A stretch of 38,246 nucleotides of DNA, taken from a virus. Lineage: Duplodnaviria > Caudoviricetes. The stretch spans positions 1-38,246 of IMG/VR virus record IMGVR_UViG_3300037310_000419, one strand, 5' to 3'. The position numbers and the translations under genes were made by a program. Shown in pieces: positions 17,763 to 26,877 of the stretch; position 1 is the first letter of the stretch, and every line of letters starts with the position of its first letter. The notes beneath the pieces are model-generated. The model was not told the origin of the DNA, did not search any database, and saw only the letters and a list, made by a program, of their open reading frames with translations.

Positions 17763-18620
17763 CTAAGTAGGCTCAGTAGCATCGTGGAGAAGCTCCACGC
17801 CTGCTTCTTGCCGTTGAATGCCGATGCCATAGCCAATAGAACCATTCAGTTCCCACGCTTTGCGGGAAGCGTCGCGTTCAGGTTCCATCATGAAGGCTTC
17901 GCGTTCGTCATAAACGATGGCTTCCAATGTCAGCACAGCGCTGGAAGCATCTGCATTGCCATCAATGCTCACATTCGGATTAGAATACCAATCCGCGCCC
18001 AGTTGCCGCGCCACATTGAATTGGCGAAGTGCTTCATTTGCGATTTCGCCCAGAAGCGCCTGATTAGCCGAAGGCTGCCCAAGTTGAACCCAGATGTCGT
18101 GCCAGCCATAAGGATGCAGCACAACATTGATGCCCCCACGAGCCTTGTTTGTCTGGATAACGGAAATCGCCGCCGCCACATGCGTCAAAGTCAAAGCGTT
18201 ATTCGCCGTGCCTTTGGTTGTGCTGAAGCTGGCGAACAGCTCCATGATGTTCACATCAACATCGGATGCAATCGCGCCGCCCAGTTCATTCGCCGCACGC
18301 GCCTGTAAATCACCTTCAGATTCAGTAGCAATCATCTCATCTGTGAGAATGAAGCCCGACATCGAAACAGCAGGCGTAATAGTCGCCGCTTCGGTTTTTT
18401 CAAAAGTCGTATGACCTGTGTAGTCATCGCCTTCAGCCTTCGTTGTCACCGTCGCCGTATTCCATTTCGGAATTTTGCGGTCAGCAAACCCGCGCGCATT
18501 TTTCCGGGTAACAAGTCCGCCAGCCACCATCAGATTATCCGCCCGTAAAACCGAGAGCGAATCATCAATGATGTTGTCGAAAAGACTATTGAGGTCTGAT
18601 ACTTTACTAATGCTGCTCAT
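17763..18620 (-). CDS. Major capsid protein
   Basis: 285 aa after the scaffold; ELGGAIASDVD, VLHP, MEPERDAS...GYGIG patterns of HK97-fold capsids. Confidence 0.8.
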   Translation of the reverse strand: MSSISKVSDLNSLFDNIIDDSLSVLRADNLMVAGGLVTRKNARGFADRKIPKWNTATVTTKAEGDDYTGHTTFEKTEAATITPAVSMSGFILTDEMIATESEGDLQARAANELGGAIASDVDVNIMELFASFSTTKGTANNALTLTHVAAAISVIQTNKARGGINVVLHPYGWHDIWVQLGQPSANQALLGEIANEALRQFNVARQLGADWYSNPNVSIDGNADASSAVLTLEAIVYDEREAFMMEPERDASRKAWELNGSIGYGIGIQRQEAGVELLHDATEPT

Positions 18621-18637
18621 AGTGACCTCTCACCATA

Positions 18638-19285
18638 TTAGCCAAATGAAGTTTTTGCATCGCCGCCGCTTCTCAAGCGTCTGATTCGCTGTTCATGCGT
18701 CTCAGTCACAGGATTGCCGCTGGGCGAAGCATTTGTTGTCTGATTTTTCCATTGCGGGTTCGGCATCAGCGCCGCCAGAGCCTTCGCATCTTCGCGTAAA
18801 CTCGCCTCATCAGCGCCGTTCAAACGTGCTGCCAGAATCGCTAAAACTTCGGCCTTGTTATCGCCGCCGACTTTGTCGCCAAAGATTTCAGCAGCAACTT
18901 TCAGGCGAAGCGCCTCATGCTTTTCTTTCGCCGCCGCGCTCAAAGCCTCTTTTTGTTGAGCTTCAAACGCCGCGATTCGCGCTTCCAGTCCCTTCACAGG
19001 GTCAGCATCTGGCGCATTTTCCTGCTTCGGCAAACGCCCATCCAGCAGATTCATGATCGCCGCGAATTCCTCACGGCTGCCGTTACGCTGGTCACGATAA
19101 CCGGCTGATTCTTTCCGCAATTTCTGAATTTCTTTCCACGCCTTGTCAGGTTCTTTGACGAAATCGGGCATTTCTTCACCACTGGCTTCTGGTTTTTGCC
19201 CGGCGTTTGGCTGATTTGTCGGCGGAATCAATCCGCCAGTCTTTTCATCGTCGCTGAAAAGCGTGAAACTTTTACGATAAAGCAT
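18638..19285 (-). CDS. Capsid scaffolding protein
   Basis: IQKLRKESAGYR, coiled coil, RLNGADEASLREDAKAL; precedes the major capsid gene. Confidence 0.78.
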   Translation of the reverse strand: MLYRKSFTLFSDDEKTGGLIPPTNQPNAGQKPEASGEEMPDFVKEPDKAWKEIQKLRKESAGYRDQRNGSREEFAAIMNLLDGRLPKQENAPDADPVKGLEARIAAFEAQQKEALSAAAKEKHEALRLKVAAEIFGDKVGGDNKAEVLAILAARLNGADEASLREDAKALAALMPNPQWKNQTTNASPSGNPVTETHEQRIRRLRSGGDAKTSFG

Positions 19286-19297
19286 CGAGCTTATCTC

Positions 19298-19606
19298 CTA
19301 AATCACATGTCCCTGCGTGAGGGCGATGGCCTGCATCTCAGTCATAGCTATTCCCCGCTTAAATGCCACATCAATAATCCATTTCGTGAGCATCTTCGGG
19401 AAGATAATCCGTGCCTCAAAATTCCCCGCTTGCGCCTTGCGCTCATCGTAATTCTTCAGTACAAGAATTCGGGATTGTGGGCTTGGAGCGCCGAATTTCC
19501 AAATATCATGCAGCGCGTCCACATCGCCTTTTTCCCAGAGATGAAGCGGCGACATCACTTCAGCCAACTCACGCCAGCTTAAGATGAGCGGTTTGAGACT
19601 TTCCAT
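19298..19606 (-). CDS. Hypothetical protein
   Basis: GAGGA RBS; first gene of the head block. Confidence 0.65.
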   Translation of the reverse strand: MESLKPLILSWRELAEVMSPLHLWEKGDVDALHDIWKFGAPSPQSRILVLKNYDERKAQAGNFEARIIFPKMLTKWIIDVAFKRGIAMTEMQAIALTQGHVI

Positions 19607-19625
19607 CGCATCCTCTGAAACAGAA

Positions 19626-19646
19626 ACGCCAGCTTCAAGCCAGCGC
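19626..19646 (-). promoter_or_regulatory. Conserved RNA hairpin (terminator/attenuator-like), copy 1
   Basis: GCGCUGGCU-UGA-AGCUGGCGU followed by a U-rich tract. Confidence 0.55.
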
Positions 19647-19667
19647 TATTTCCCTTATCTTATGAGT

Positions 19668-19880
19668 TCAGTCAAGACTCGCCACATACTTAATAATCTT
19701 GCGCTGCCGAATAAGGCATCGCCTAATCACCTGAATCACTTGGGCATTTGTCGGGCTTCCATCCAGAATCGCAATATCGGCATTGATTTCAGTGATAACC
19801 GACTCCGCCTTCGCATCCACAAATTCCGATTTCGCATCCAGCTTTTTCCCAGCCGGAGTATTGGGACTAATCACACCCAT
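19668..19880 (-). CDS. Small tail-associated hypothetical protein
   Basis: End of the tail block. Confidence 0.55.
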   Translation of the reverse strand: MGVISPNTPAGKKLDAKSEFVDAKAESVITEINADIAILDGSPTNAQVIQVIRRCLIRQRKIIKYVASLD

Positions 19881-20336
19881 TTAAGCCTCCGCAAGCACTT
19901 GGCTAGAACCGCTGCCAACGCCGTTCAAATTGACGATATGCACTGCATAAGTCCCTGCAACATTCACAGCCAGCGTCAGTGTAACAACGCCAGCAACAGC
20001 CGCCTCAGTTCCCGAAGCATACAATTCACCATCCCGGTAACAAAACCACTTCACCGATGGCTGGGCCGTGTTATGCGTAAACGTCACCGTATCCGTGCCA
20101 TTTGGCAGAATCGCGGCTTTGTTCTTATTGATGCTGAGCGTGTCAATCGAATTCAGCGCATTCTGAACAGCGATTTGATTCGCTGGCGAAATCGCATCAT
20201 CCACCAGAAACACGGCCAGATTCCCGCGCGATAAATTCCCCAGGGTATTCGGCGTGAGCTTGCGAACTTCGCCCAGAAATTCCAGCAGGGCCTTATTGCT
20301 TCCCAGTCCATTGATTTCGCGTGTTATTTCCATCAA
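19881..20336 (-). CDS. Tail-associated protein with Ig-like domain
   Basis: AAILPNGTDTVTFT...VAGTYAV pattern. Confidence 0.55.
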   Translation of the reverse strand: MMEITREINGLGSNKALLEFLGEVRKLTPNTLGNLSRGNLAVFLVDDAISPANQIAVQNALNSIDTLSINKNKAAILPNGTDTVTFTHNTAQPSVKWFCYRDGELYASGTEAAVAGVVTLTLAVNVAGTYAVHIVNLNGVGSGSSQVLAEA

Positions 20337-20848
20337 CTCACCTCGAAAACATCCATCTTGGGATGCACTTGTTCACCGGCAGAGCCGTTGCCGCCATACA
20401 AGGTTGAAGAGCCGCCTGCATCATTCTTCCACATCAATGTGAAAGTGTGGTCTCCTGCCGAAAGCCCTGTTATACGGACAAACAAAGTAATCGGAATTCT
20501 GTCAGTCCCCGCAGCCTGAGCGCATTGCCAAACACCGTCATCTCCAGCAATTCGAGCGCTATCAACATGCACATCGAGGTAAGTTTTTCTTGCGCCGCCA
20601 AGGACACCGGTGAAAGTGACAATAACCGTATCGCCTGTGATGGTAATCGTCCGCGATAAATTCGTGCCGTCGATATTGGCATAAGTAGCGCTGTTGATGG
20701 TGTAATCGCTCACATCGAGGAAACCGCTCGTTTGCGATGGCGGATCCCAGAGCGCTTCCGTATTCGCTTCAATGCGATTCATATCCGTGTACAACACCGG
20801 ATCGCCAGCCGCCCAATCTGTTACAGGAGTTGTAAAAGGCATCGTCAA
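20333..20848 (-). CDS. Minor tail/tail-fibre protein
   Basis: TDWAAGD...DMNRIEAN N-terminus; GLSAGDHTFTLMWK beta domain. Confidence 0.7.
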   Translation of the reverse strand: MTMPFTTPVTDWAAGDPVLYTDMNRIEANTEALWDPPSQTSGFLDVSDYTINSATYANIDGTNLSRTITITGDTVIVTFTGVLGGARKTYLDVHVDSARIAGDDGVWQCAQAAGTDRIPITLFVRITGLSAGDHTFTLMWKNDAGGSSTLYGGNGSAGEQVHPKMDVFEVS

Positions 20849-22356
20849 TACCCCACTACATTCGTTCCATCGAGTTCATCCCTTCCAGTCACGCTGACCA
20901 GCAGGGTCTTGTTCTGTGAAATCGGGCTGAGAATGAATGTTGCATCATGTAGCTTCATCCCTTCGCGGACAGTGTGCCGTTCGCCCACAATCACATATTG
21001 CGAATCGTGAGCCAGCTGCGCATCACTAACGGCAATCACGGTTCCCATCGTGTATCCCAGCGTCTGGCTGCTGGGGAAGCGTCCAGATCGAATTGTGACA
21101 GATTTCGCAATTCCAATAGGTTGAGCTTTTCGTGTGCTTTCATAGGAAGCCACAGCGATACCCAAATCCAAATCATTCATAACACCCGTGTCAATTGTCA
21201 CCCTTCGCTTGCCATAAACCATCGTGCTTGACGCATCTTCGCGTTCAATCGTCTGAACACGCTGAGAAACTAATTTTTGTCCATAAATAATAGAGTTCGT
21301 TAGCGTTTGATCGCGGGGGCCGTTATTGCGCAATGTAATTTTTGCGCTTTTCGCCGCTAACTCAACATGCTGCTCAATCCATCTTCGCGGATTCTGGTAA
21401 GTGAACACGGGCGGCTGAAAATTCCGCCCGGCAATCTGCAATTCTTTATCAGCTTCGTTGTAATTTGCCCGAATAACCTTCTCTGAGCGAGCTGGAATCT
21501 CAACGTCATCATCAAGCTGCCAGAGCGTTTCGCTGCTCCCCGAAGAAATCGTTCGCGGCCAAACCTTCACATTGGCTTGATTGACAATATTCCCGTATTC
21601 ATAATCCATCGTCATGGGGTCAGCGATGGTTCCCTGGCTCAGATAAAGACTCTGGATATGTTTCCGATTCCAAAATCGTGCCGTTCCGCCCCTGTCGAAG
21701 AAGAAGCGACCGCGCTCACCTTTAACAACATCCGCAATCGCTTGATATGCGCTTGTGTTTTCCCCCCATTTGTCCCCAACAAATGGGAAGCTGTTTTGCC
21801 CAACCTGAAAATTAATCCCTGTCGTATGGTCAGGCAAAACATTCCCAACCGTGCCAAGTGTCGCATGATTAACCGTGAAACCAGGCTCCATCCCAACGGG
21901 AAATTCTTTTGTATCAACAAGAATCTGCTCAATAATTGCATCAGCAGTCTCATTCTCAATCAACTGAGCATGATAATTGTGCTGTTCTAAATAAGTCTTG
22001 GGGCCAACGCCGTAAAGTGTCGCTTGCTTGTCGCGGTTTTCTCCGGCTTGTGGCTCAATACGCTCATAATAGCCGCTCCACATAATGACAGTCCCTATGC
22101 CGTCATCAACAGCACGAATCTGCATTCTCCGCTTCGGCACAAACTTGCCGTAATAAGTCCCGCCCGAATATTCTGGCGAAAACCGCTTATCCCAGTTTTT
22201 TAGCTGAAGCCTTGCATTCTGCTCACCAGCCGTCAATTCATCGCCAGTACTTAGACCATTATTCCAACTGGCTTCCAGCACGTAAGCGCTGATTTCATCA
22301 CCCGCGCCAAAGCCATCGTTATCCCAGTCTAGGTATACTTTCCACGAAATCGCCAT
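20845..22356 (-). CDS. Minor tail (tail tip/baseplate) protein
   Basis: 503 aa directly after the tape measure; L.N.DKRFSP, GRFFFDRGG..RF. Confidence 0.7.
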   Translation of the reverse strand: MAISWKVYLDWDNDGFGAGDEISAYVLEASWNNGLSTGDELTAGEQNARLQLKNWDKRFSPEYSGGTYYGKFVPKRRMQIRAVDDGIGTVIMWSGYYERIEPQAGENRDKQATLYGVGPKTYLEQHNYHAQLIENETADAIIEQILVDTKEFPVGMEPGFTVNHATLGTVGNVLPDHTTGINFQVGQNSFPFVGDKWGENTSAYQAIADVVKGERGRFFFDRGGTARFWNRKHIQSLYLSQGTIADPMTMDYEYGNIVNQANVKVWPRTISSGSSETLWQLDDDVEIPARSEKVIRANYNEADKELQIAGRNFQPPVFTYQNPRRWIEQHVELAAKSAKITLRNNGPRDQTLTNSIIYGQKLVSQRVQTIEREDASSTMVYGKRRVTIDTGVMNDLDLGIAVASYESTRKAQPIGIAKSVTIRSGRFPSSQTLGYTMGTVIAVSDAQLAHDSQYVIVGERHTVREGMKLHDATFILSPISQNKTLLVSVTGRDELDGTNVVGY

Positions 22357-24677
22357 TATCCATAACCCTCATCTCTGGCGGCCCTTCGTGTCATTTCCAG
22401 CACTTCATAAGGCGATGAACCATAGACGGTTACATTGTAATTTCCGCCCATCCCTTGACCCATGCGCGATCCCAGCGCGGCCTCTTGCTCTTGCGTGCGA
22501 ATAACTTCACCATCTTCGAGCAAAGCAATCGCTTCGGATTGACCATGTGGTGCCTTAAAAATACCCCCGCTGTGATGCTCATCAAGCTCCATACCGCCAG
22601 ATCCTCCTCCTCCCGTTGTGCCAGTAGTCGTCGTTGATGTGGACATTCCGTTGATGGTTGCAATAACCGTCGCAGCAGCCTCATTCACAACTTCTCCAGC
22701 CACAATCGTGATATTCGCCGTGACTGTTGCATCAACCTCAGCACCTGCCAGGCCGCCATCAATACCTGCAAGAACATCGTTCACAATGGCATCAACATCT
22801 ATCCCCAGAGCAATCGCAGCAGGTATTAACGCATCCAGCGCCGCCTGGTCACCCGTTGCCACTGCTACCGCAATATCCGTTTCGAGTTGTTCAGTTGCAT
22901 CAGCCAGAATCTGGTCTGCATCCATGCCAAGATTCGCGGCAATCGTCATATTGAGCGCCAGCGCTGTGCTGTCACCGCTCAAAACAGCATCCTGAATCTC
23001 TTGTTCAACCTGAGTTCGCAGAGTCTCAAGCGTCATCGGATCCAGCTCAGCCAGAATCTCTGGATTAAGCAGCAAATCTTGCATATTCATCGTGAACGTT
23101 TCCCCACTTGCCGTAGTAAACGTTACATCAGCCTCAAGATTTATTGGCTCTCCGCTTGCTAGCTGTGCATTAACATCATCTTCAATCTGCCGTGCCGCAG
23201 CGATAGCCTGCTCTTCATCAACAATCGCACTGATTCTGGTTTGCAATCCTAAAATAGGCTCATCGTTAATACCGTTGACGTTCGTAGCCTCAAAGACAGC
23301 CAGAAGGCCAGTTAACATTTCACGTTCCAGATTCAAAAAGAAAAGCCGAACATCCTGCAAAATATCTTGCGTTACGGCTTGCAGCGCCATCCACACGAAA
23401 TTCCACTCGTCTATCGTGCTTTGGAAGTCGAAGCCTTCAACCCCTGTGACGATTTCGCCAATGCCTGAAGCAATATCCTTCATCCCAGTGCCAATATCAG
23501 CAAAGCCTTCATCTGGATTGCCATCGAGAATTTCTGAAAATCCATCCGCAACATCAGCCAGACCAGGGACAAATTTCTCGCCCAGCTCAATCCCGAGTTC
23601 AGTTATCGTATTGTGAAGGCGATTGGTTGCGCCTTGCAGTGTATCTGCTTTTGCCTGAGCTTCAGCCATCGCCGCGCCGTTGCCGGCCCATGCTTCGTTG
23701 GCAATTTCAACGCCTTGCGTGACAGTATCATAACCCTCAGCCAGCGTGAGAAGCGTCCGTTGCTGTTCTTGGCCCGTGATGCCCAGTGCATTCAGCGTCT
23801 GTAGCTGTTCATCAATATCCATTCCCGCCAAACCAGCCAGAAATGCATTAAACGCGCCTTCGGGGTCAGAGTTTGCCAGCTCAGTGAATTCATCAGCCGT
23901 CATTCCCGCCGTTGCTGCCCAGACTTCAAGCTCTGGTGTGCTGTTGGCGACAGCCGTTGTCATATCCGTGACGGATTTGATGAAATTCGTACTGCCCAGC
24001 TCAGCCGTAAGACCCAGCGAAGCCATTGCAGCGGCATAGCCCAGAATGTCCGCCGGATTCCAGCCAAAAGCGGAAAGCGATGCCATGCGTTCGCCGAAAG
24101 CCGCAATTTCGGTTTCGGTTGCCGCCATGTTATTGCCAAGCGTGACAATCGTATCGGCAAGATTATCAATATCAGCAGCAATATCGAGGCCAGTCACGTT
24201 CGCAAATCGTGCCGCAAAGTTCGCCGCCGATTCCGCTGTTAAATCGCTGGCAACATCCAGCGCCGCGACACTCTCCGTAAACTCATCAATTGCCGATGTT
24301 TCAACGCCCAGCGCCCCGGCCTCCGCCGCAATCTGTGCTAATGATGTATGCGCATTATCAAGACTGCCCAGCACTTCATCAGTCGCCATATTGCGGAGAA
24401 TATCTTCAAGCTCCGCCAACTCTTCAGCGCTGGCATCAACCGTTTTCTCAACATCAGCGAATGCCGATTCCCATTCGCTGGCCGCATTAATAGCAAATGC
24501 GCCAATACCAATGAAAGCGCCGCCAGCAATAGCACCAACACGCGCAGCAAAACGGCCTATCCGATTCTCGCCGTTCTGGGCGAAGTTATTAATTTGACGG
24601 TCAGCATCACGCAAACCGCTTCCGAGTTGGCCCGTATCGGCACCAACGATAACATCAAGTGTTGCAGCGATTGTCAT
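22356..24677 (-). CDS. Tail tape measure protein (TP901-family core)
   Basis: WESAFADVEKTV, LGNNMAATETEI; Ala/Gly-rich; follows the chaperone genes. Confidence 0.92.
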   Translation of the reverse strand: MTIAATLDVIVGADTGQLGSGLRDADRQINNFAQNGENRIGRFAARVGAIAGGAFIGIGAFAINAASEWESAFADVEKTVDASAEELAELEDILRNMATDEVLGSLDNAHTSLAQIAAEAGALGVETSAIDEFTESVAALDVASDLTAESAANFAARFANVTGLDIAADIDNLADTIVTLGNNMAATETEIAAFGERMASLSAFGWNPADILGYAAAMASLGLTAELGSTNFIKSVTDMTTAVANSTPELEVWAATAGMTADEFTELANSDPEGAFNAFLAGLAGMDIDEQLQTLNALGITGQEQQRTLLTLAEGYDTVTQGVEIANEAWAGNGAAMAEAQAKADTLQGATNRLHNTITELGIELGEKFVPGLADVADGFSEILDGNPDEGFADIGTGMKDIASGIGEIVTGVEGFDFQSTIDEWNFVWMALQAVTQDILQDVRLFFLNLEREMLTGLLAVFEATNVNGINDEPILGLQTRISAIVDEEQAIAAARQIEDDVNAQLASGEPINLEADVTFTTASGETFTMNMQDLLLNPEILAELDPMTLETLRTQVEQEIQDAVLSGDSTALALNMTIAANLGMDADQILADATEQLETDIAVAVATGDQAALDALIPAAIALGIDVDAIVNDVLAGIDGGLAGAEVDATVTANITIVAGEVVNEAAATVIATINGMSTSTTTTGTTGGGGSGGMELDEHHSGGIFKAPHGQSEAIALLEDGEVIRTQEQEAALGSRMGQGMGGNYNVTVYGSSPYEVLEMTRRAARDEGYG

Positions 24678-24949
24678 CGCGTTTCAGGCTTTCGTTTGGC
24701 CCTTTTTTGCGCGTTCAGAATCGCCACGCAGTCATTCAATTCGTAGCGTTTCACATCAATAAAATCGCGCAGCCACCAGGGCGCATCTTCCATCGCGTCA
24801 AAGTCAGCCGGCTTAAATGCAGGCAAAAGCTGAGTTAGCTTCCAGCGCTGATATTTCCAACGGCCAACTTCATCAAGTTCTTCGGGCGTGCCTTCGCACA
24901 TTTCAGTCCCAAAAACCAAAAGGAACCAGACACGCCTCCCTAGTTTTTT
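24674..24949 (-). CDS. Tail assembly chaperone extension (gpT-like), reached by -1 frameshift
   Basis: A-AAA-AAC slippery heptamer at 24943-24949; -1 frame reads KLGRRVWFLLVFGTEM... into this ORF. Confidence 0.78.
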   Translation of the reverse strand, partial: KKLGRRVWFLLVFGTEMCEGTPEELDEVGRWKYQRWKLTQLLPAFKPADFDAMEDAPWWLRDFIDVKRYELNDCVAILNAQKRAKRKPETR

Positions 24950-25245
24950 GAAGACATCGCGTTGATGATGTCGGCGATGTGCTGAACAATCTGTTTCCAG
25001 ACAAGGAAGGGGATTTTCAGGTAAGTTTCTCGCGCCTTAGAATCACCCCATTCTTTGGGAATAGTCAGGATGAATGGGATGATTGCATCCGTGATTTTGT
25101 TCATATCGTTGGCACGATTCGCCGCCAGAAATTCATTCACATTCCCTGCCGTGAACGCATCCAAATCAACGGAAACCTGTAGCGCCTGAGCCTGAGCCTT
25201 CTGTTTTTCTTCGGCAATCAAAGCCTTAACATCGTTCGCCATCAC
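24940..25245 (-). CDS. Tail assembly chaperone (gpG-like)
   Basis: Between tail tube and tape measure; ends SKN over the slippery site. Confidence 0.78.
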   Translation of the reverse strand: MMANDVKALIAEEKQKAQAQALQVSVDLDAFTAGNVNEFLAANRANDMNKITDAIIPFILTIPKEWGDSKARETYLKIPFLVWKQIVQHIADIINAMSSKN

Positions 25246-25265
25246 ATCACCTTTTCAGATTCCAA

Positions 25266-25685
25266 CTATGGCCAGACAGCCGTGCGCCCATCGAAAACGT
25301 ATGCGCCGTCAGTGACAACGAATTTCACGGCTTCGACCTGTACATCATCGTATTGCTGCTTGGGCTGGGCCTTCACCACGCGGCAAACAACACCCCATTT
25401 CGGATTCCCCGCAGCGGTGCCATATTTGCCCCATAGCAGCGTGCCAGACTGCCCTTCTTCGAGAACAGCAGCAGCAGCAGTCCCAGCCGTGCCGCTGTCG
25501 GGAACCCATTCGAAGCTGGGTTCAAGCTTGTCAATCGTCTTGACATAATTGCGGATGGCATCTGTGCCGCCTGAACCCTCCGCCATTTCCTCTTCCAGGC
25601 CAGGGTCAAAGGTACGGAATGGAATATTCGAGATAACCACACCTTTGAAGCTGGCATATAGTTCATTACCAACATGACGTGCCAT
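25266..25685 (-). CDS. Major tail (tube) protein
   Basis: 139 aa between the tail terminator and chaperone genes. Confidence 0.7.
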   Translation of the reverse strand: MARHVGNELYASFKGVVISNIPFRTFDPGLEEEMAEGSGGTDAIRNYVKTIDKLEPSFEWVPDSGTAGTAAAAVLEEGQSGTLLWGKYGTAAGNPKWGVVCRVVKAQPKQQYDDVQVEAVKFVVTDGAYVFDGRTAVWP

Positions 25686-25699
25686 GTTTAATTTGCCTT

Positions 25700-26101
25700 T
25701 TAGTTGGGCTTATTCGCCCTGATTCTGACAATATGCCCATATCGAAAGTATGAAACACGGTCAACGTGCTCGACTTGTCGAATCATGGTCAGAATTTGCG
25801 TGCGATAGGCGCTCCATCCACTGCCAAGCGTCAGGCTGGCATCTTTGAAGGTCTCACGAATTGCATCAGCCAGCGCGAGAGCCTTGTTCACATCGGGCGA
25901 AACACCTATAACGGCATAGCGCAAATCGACATTATCATCATTGGCATCGTTCGTTTTCCCGCCAGCATTCGGAATAATCAGCACATAGCTTCCCCCTGCT
26001 GTGCTGGGCGCGAAAACAGGATAGACTTCGCTCGTTTGCGCCGTGACATTGCTATTCGCCAGCAGCGCGTTATACATCGCAGTTTCAACCAGCGTTTCCA
26101 T
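25700..26101 (-). CDS. Tail terminator (DUF3168/gp17-like)
   Basis: AMYNALLA...VYP..AP...ALALADAIRE. Confidence 0.75.
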   Translation of the reverse strand: METLVETAMYNALLANSNVTAQTSEVYPVFAPSTAGGSYVLIIPNAGGKTNDANDDNVDLRYAVIGVSPDVNKALALADAIRETFKDASLTLGSGWSAYRTQILTMIRQVEHVDRVSYFRYGHIVRIRANKPN

Positions 26102-26122
26102 CCATCCGCCTCAGAATCAAAA

Positions 26123-26143
26123 GCGCTGACCTCAAGCCAGCGC
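26123..26143 (-). promoter_or_regulatory. Conserved RNA hairpin (terminator/attenuator-like), copy 2
   Basis: GCGCUGGCU-UGA-GGUCAGCGC followed by UUUUG. Confidence 0.55.
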
Positions 26144-26233
26144 CCCAAAATGTCTAACTAAATTGTATGTATCGCGTCAACGCCAAATAAGTCGCCTTAT
26201 CGAATGCAATCTAAAACTGTAATATTTCCGTAA

Positions 26234-26263
26234 TTGACAATGGTTGTACAACCATGCTATACT
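26234..26263 (+). promoter_or_regulatory. Sigma70-type promoter with palindromic operator in the spacer
   Basis: TTGACA-N18-TATACT with TG extension; ATGGTTGTACAACCAT at 26240-26255. Confidence 0.8.
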
Positions 26264-26319
26264 ATAGATAGTTAAGCAATCAAGCTTGACAGAAAATCAG
26301 AAGCTACAGGAGCAATATC

Positions 26320-26541
26320 ATGTTAGAAGTTACAGTTCGCCGCACAGTTACCCACCCTGAATACCAAGTTTTCACAAGCGATGTTCGTTTGAACGGTTTT
26401 GCCAAACTTACACCTGCGGCTGCTCGCGCTGCTGTAAATGTGGCTTTCGGCGCTGGTGGCGGTGAGGTTACTTGCAGCGAAGGTTATGGCTACAAGGTTT
26501 ATGCAAACAGCGTTCGCAAATTCCAAGTGACCAATTACTAA
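26320..26541 (+). CDS. Small hypothetical protein (moron gene 1)
   Basis: AGGAG RBS; own promoter. Confidence 0.75.
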   Translation: MLEVTVRRTVTHPEYQVFTSDVRLNGFAKLTPAAARAAVNVAFGAGGGEVTCSEGYGYKVYANSVRKFQVTNY

Positions 26542-26635
26542 AACGGAAAAGCCCTCTGTGCTAGCAGAGGGCAATCCTGGACACCCTATACGGGCGAGAA
26601 AATCAGAAGTCCTACACGGACAAAGGAATTATACC

Positions 26636-26836
26636 ATGCCAACATCAAACAAGCGCTTGCCAATCGACTATGAGCCAAACGAATATGCACAGATTGAGTC
26701 CATCGCACAATCACTTGGCCTAAATGTAACGCAGTTCATTCGTCAGGCCGTGCGCAAAGAAGTGAAGGCTTTAGGCCACACTCCTAGCACGTATGAATAT
26801 AAATCGGGGAAGAAGAAACAACAAACGGGCAAATAA
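26636..26836 (+). CDS. Ribbon-helix-helix (CopG-like) DNA-binding protein
   Basis: KRLPIDY.P.EYAQIE.IA..LGLNVTQFIRQAV; AAAGGA RBS before ATG 26636. Confidence 0.75.
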   Translation: MPTSNKRLPIDYEPNEYAQIESIAQSLGLNVTQFIRQAVRKEVKALGHTPSTYEYKSGKKKQQTGK

Positions 26837-26877
26837 GCCCGTTTTTGATTCCATGCGGGAAAAACGGTTATCGGGTA

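Noticed and set aside
19668-22356. Diversity-generating retroelement or tail-fibre shufflon
   Set aside because: No reverse transcriptase, template/variable repeat pair or invertible cassettes seen
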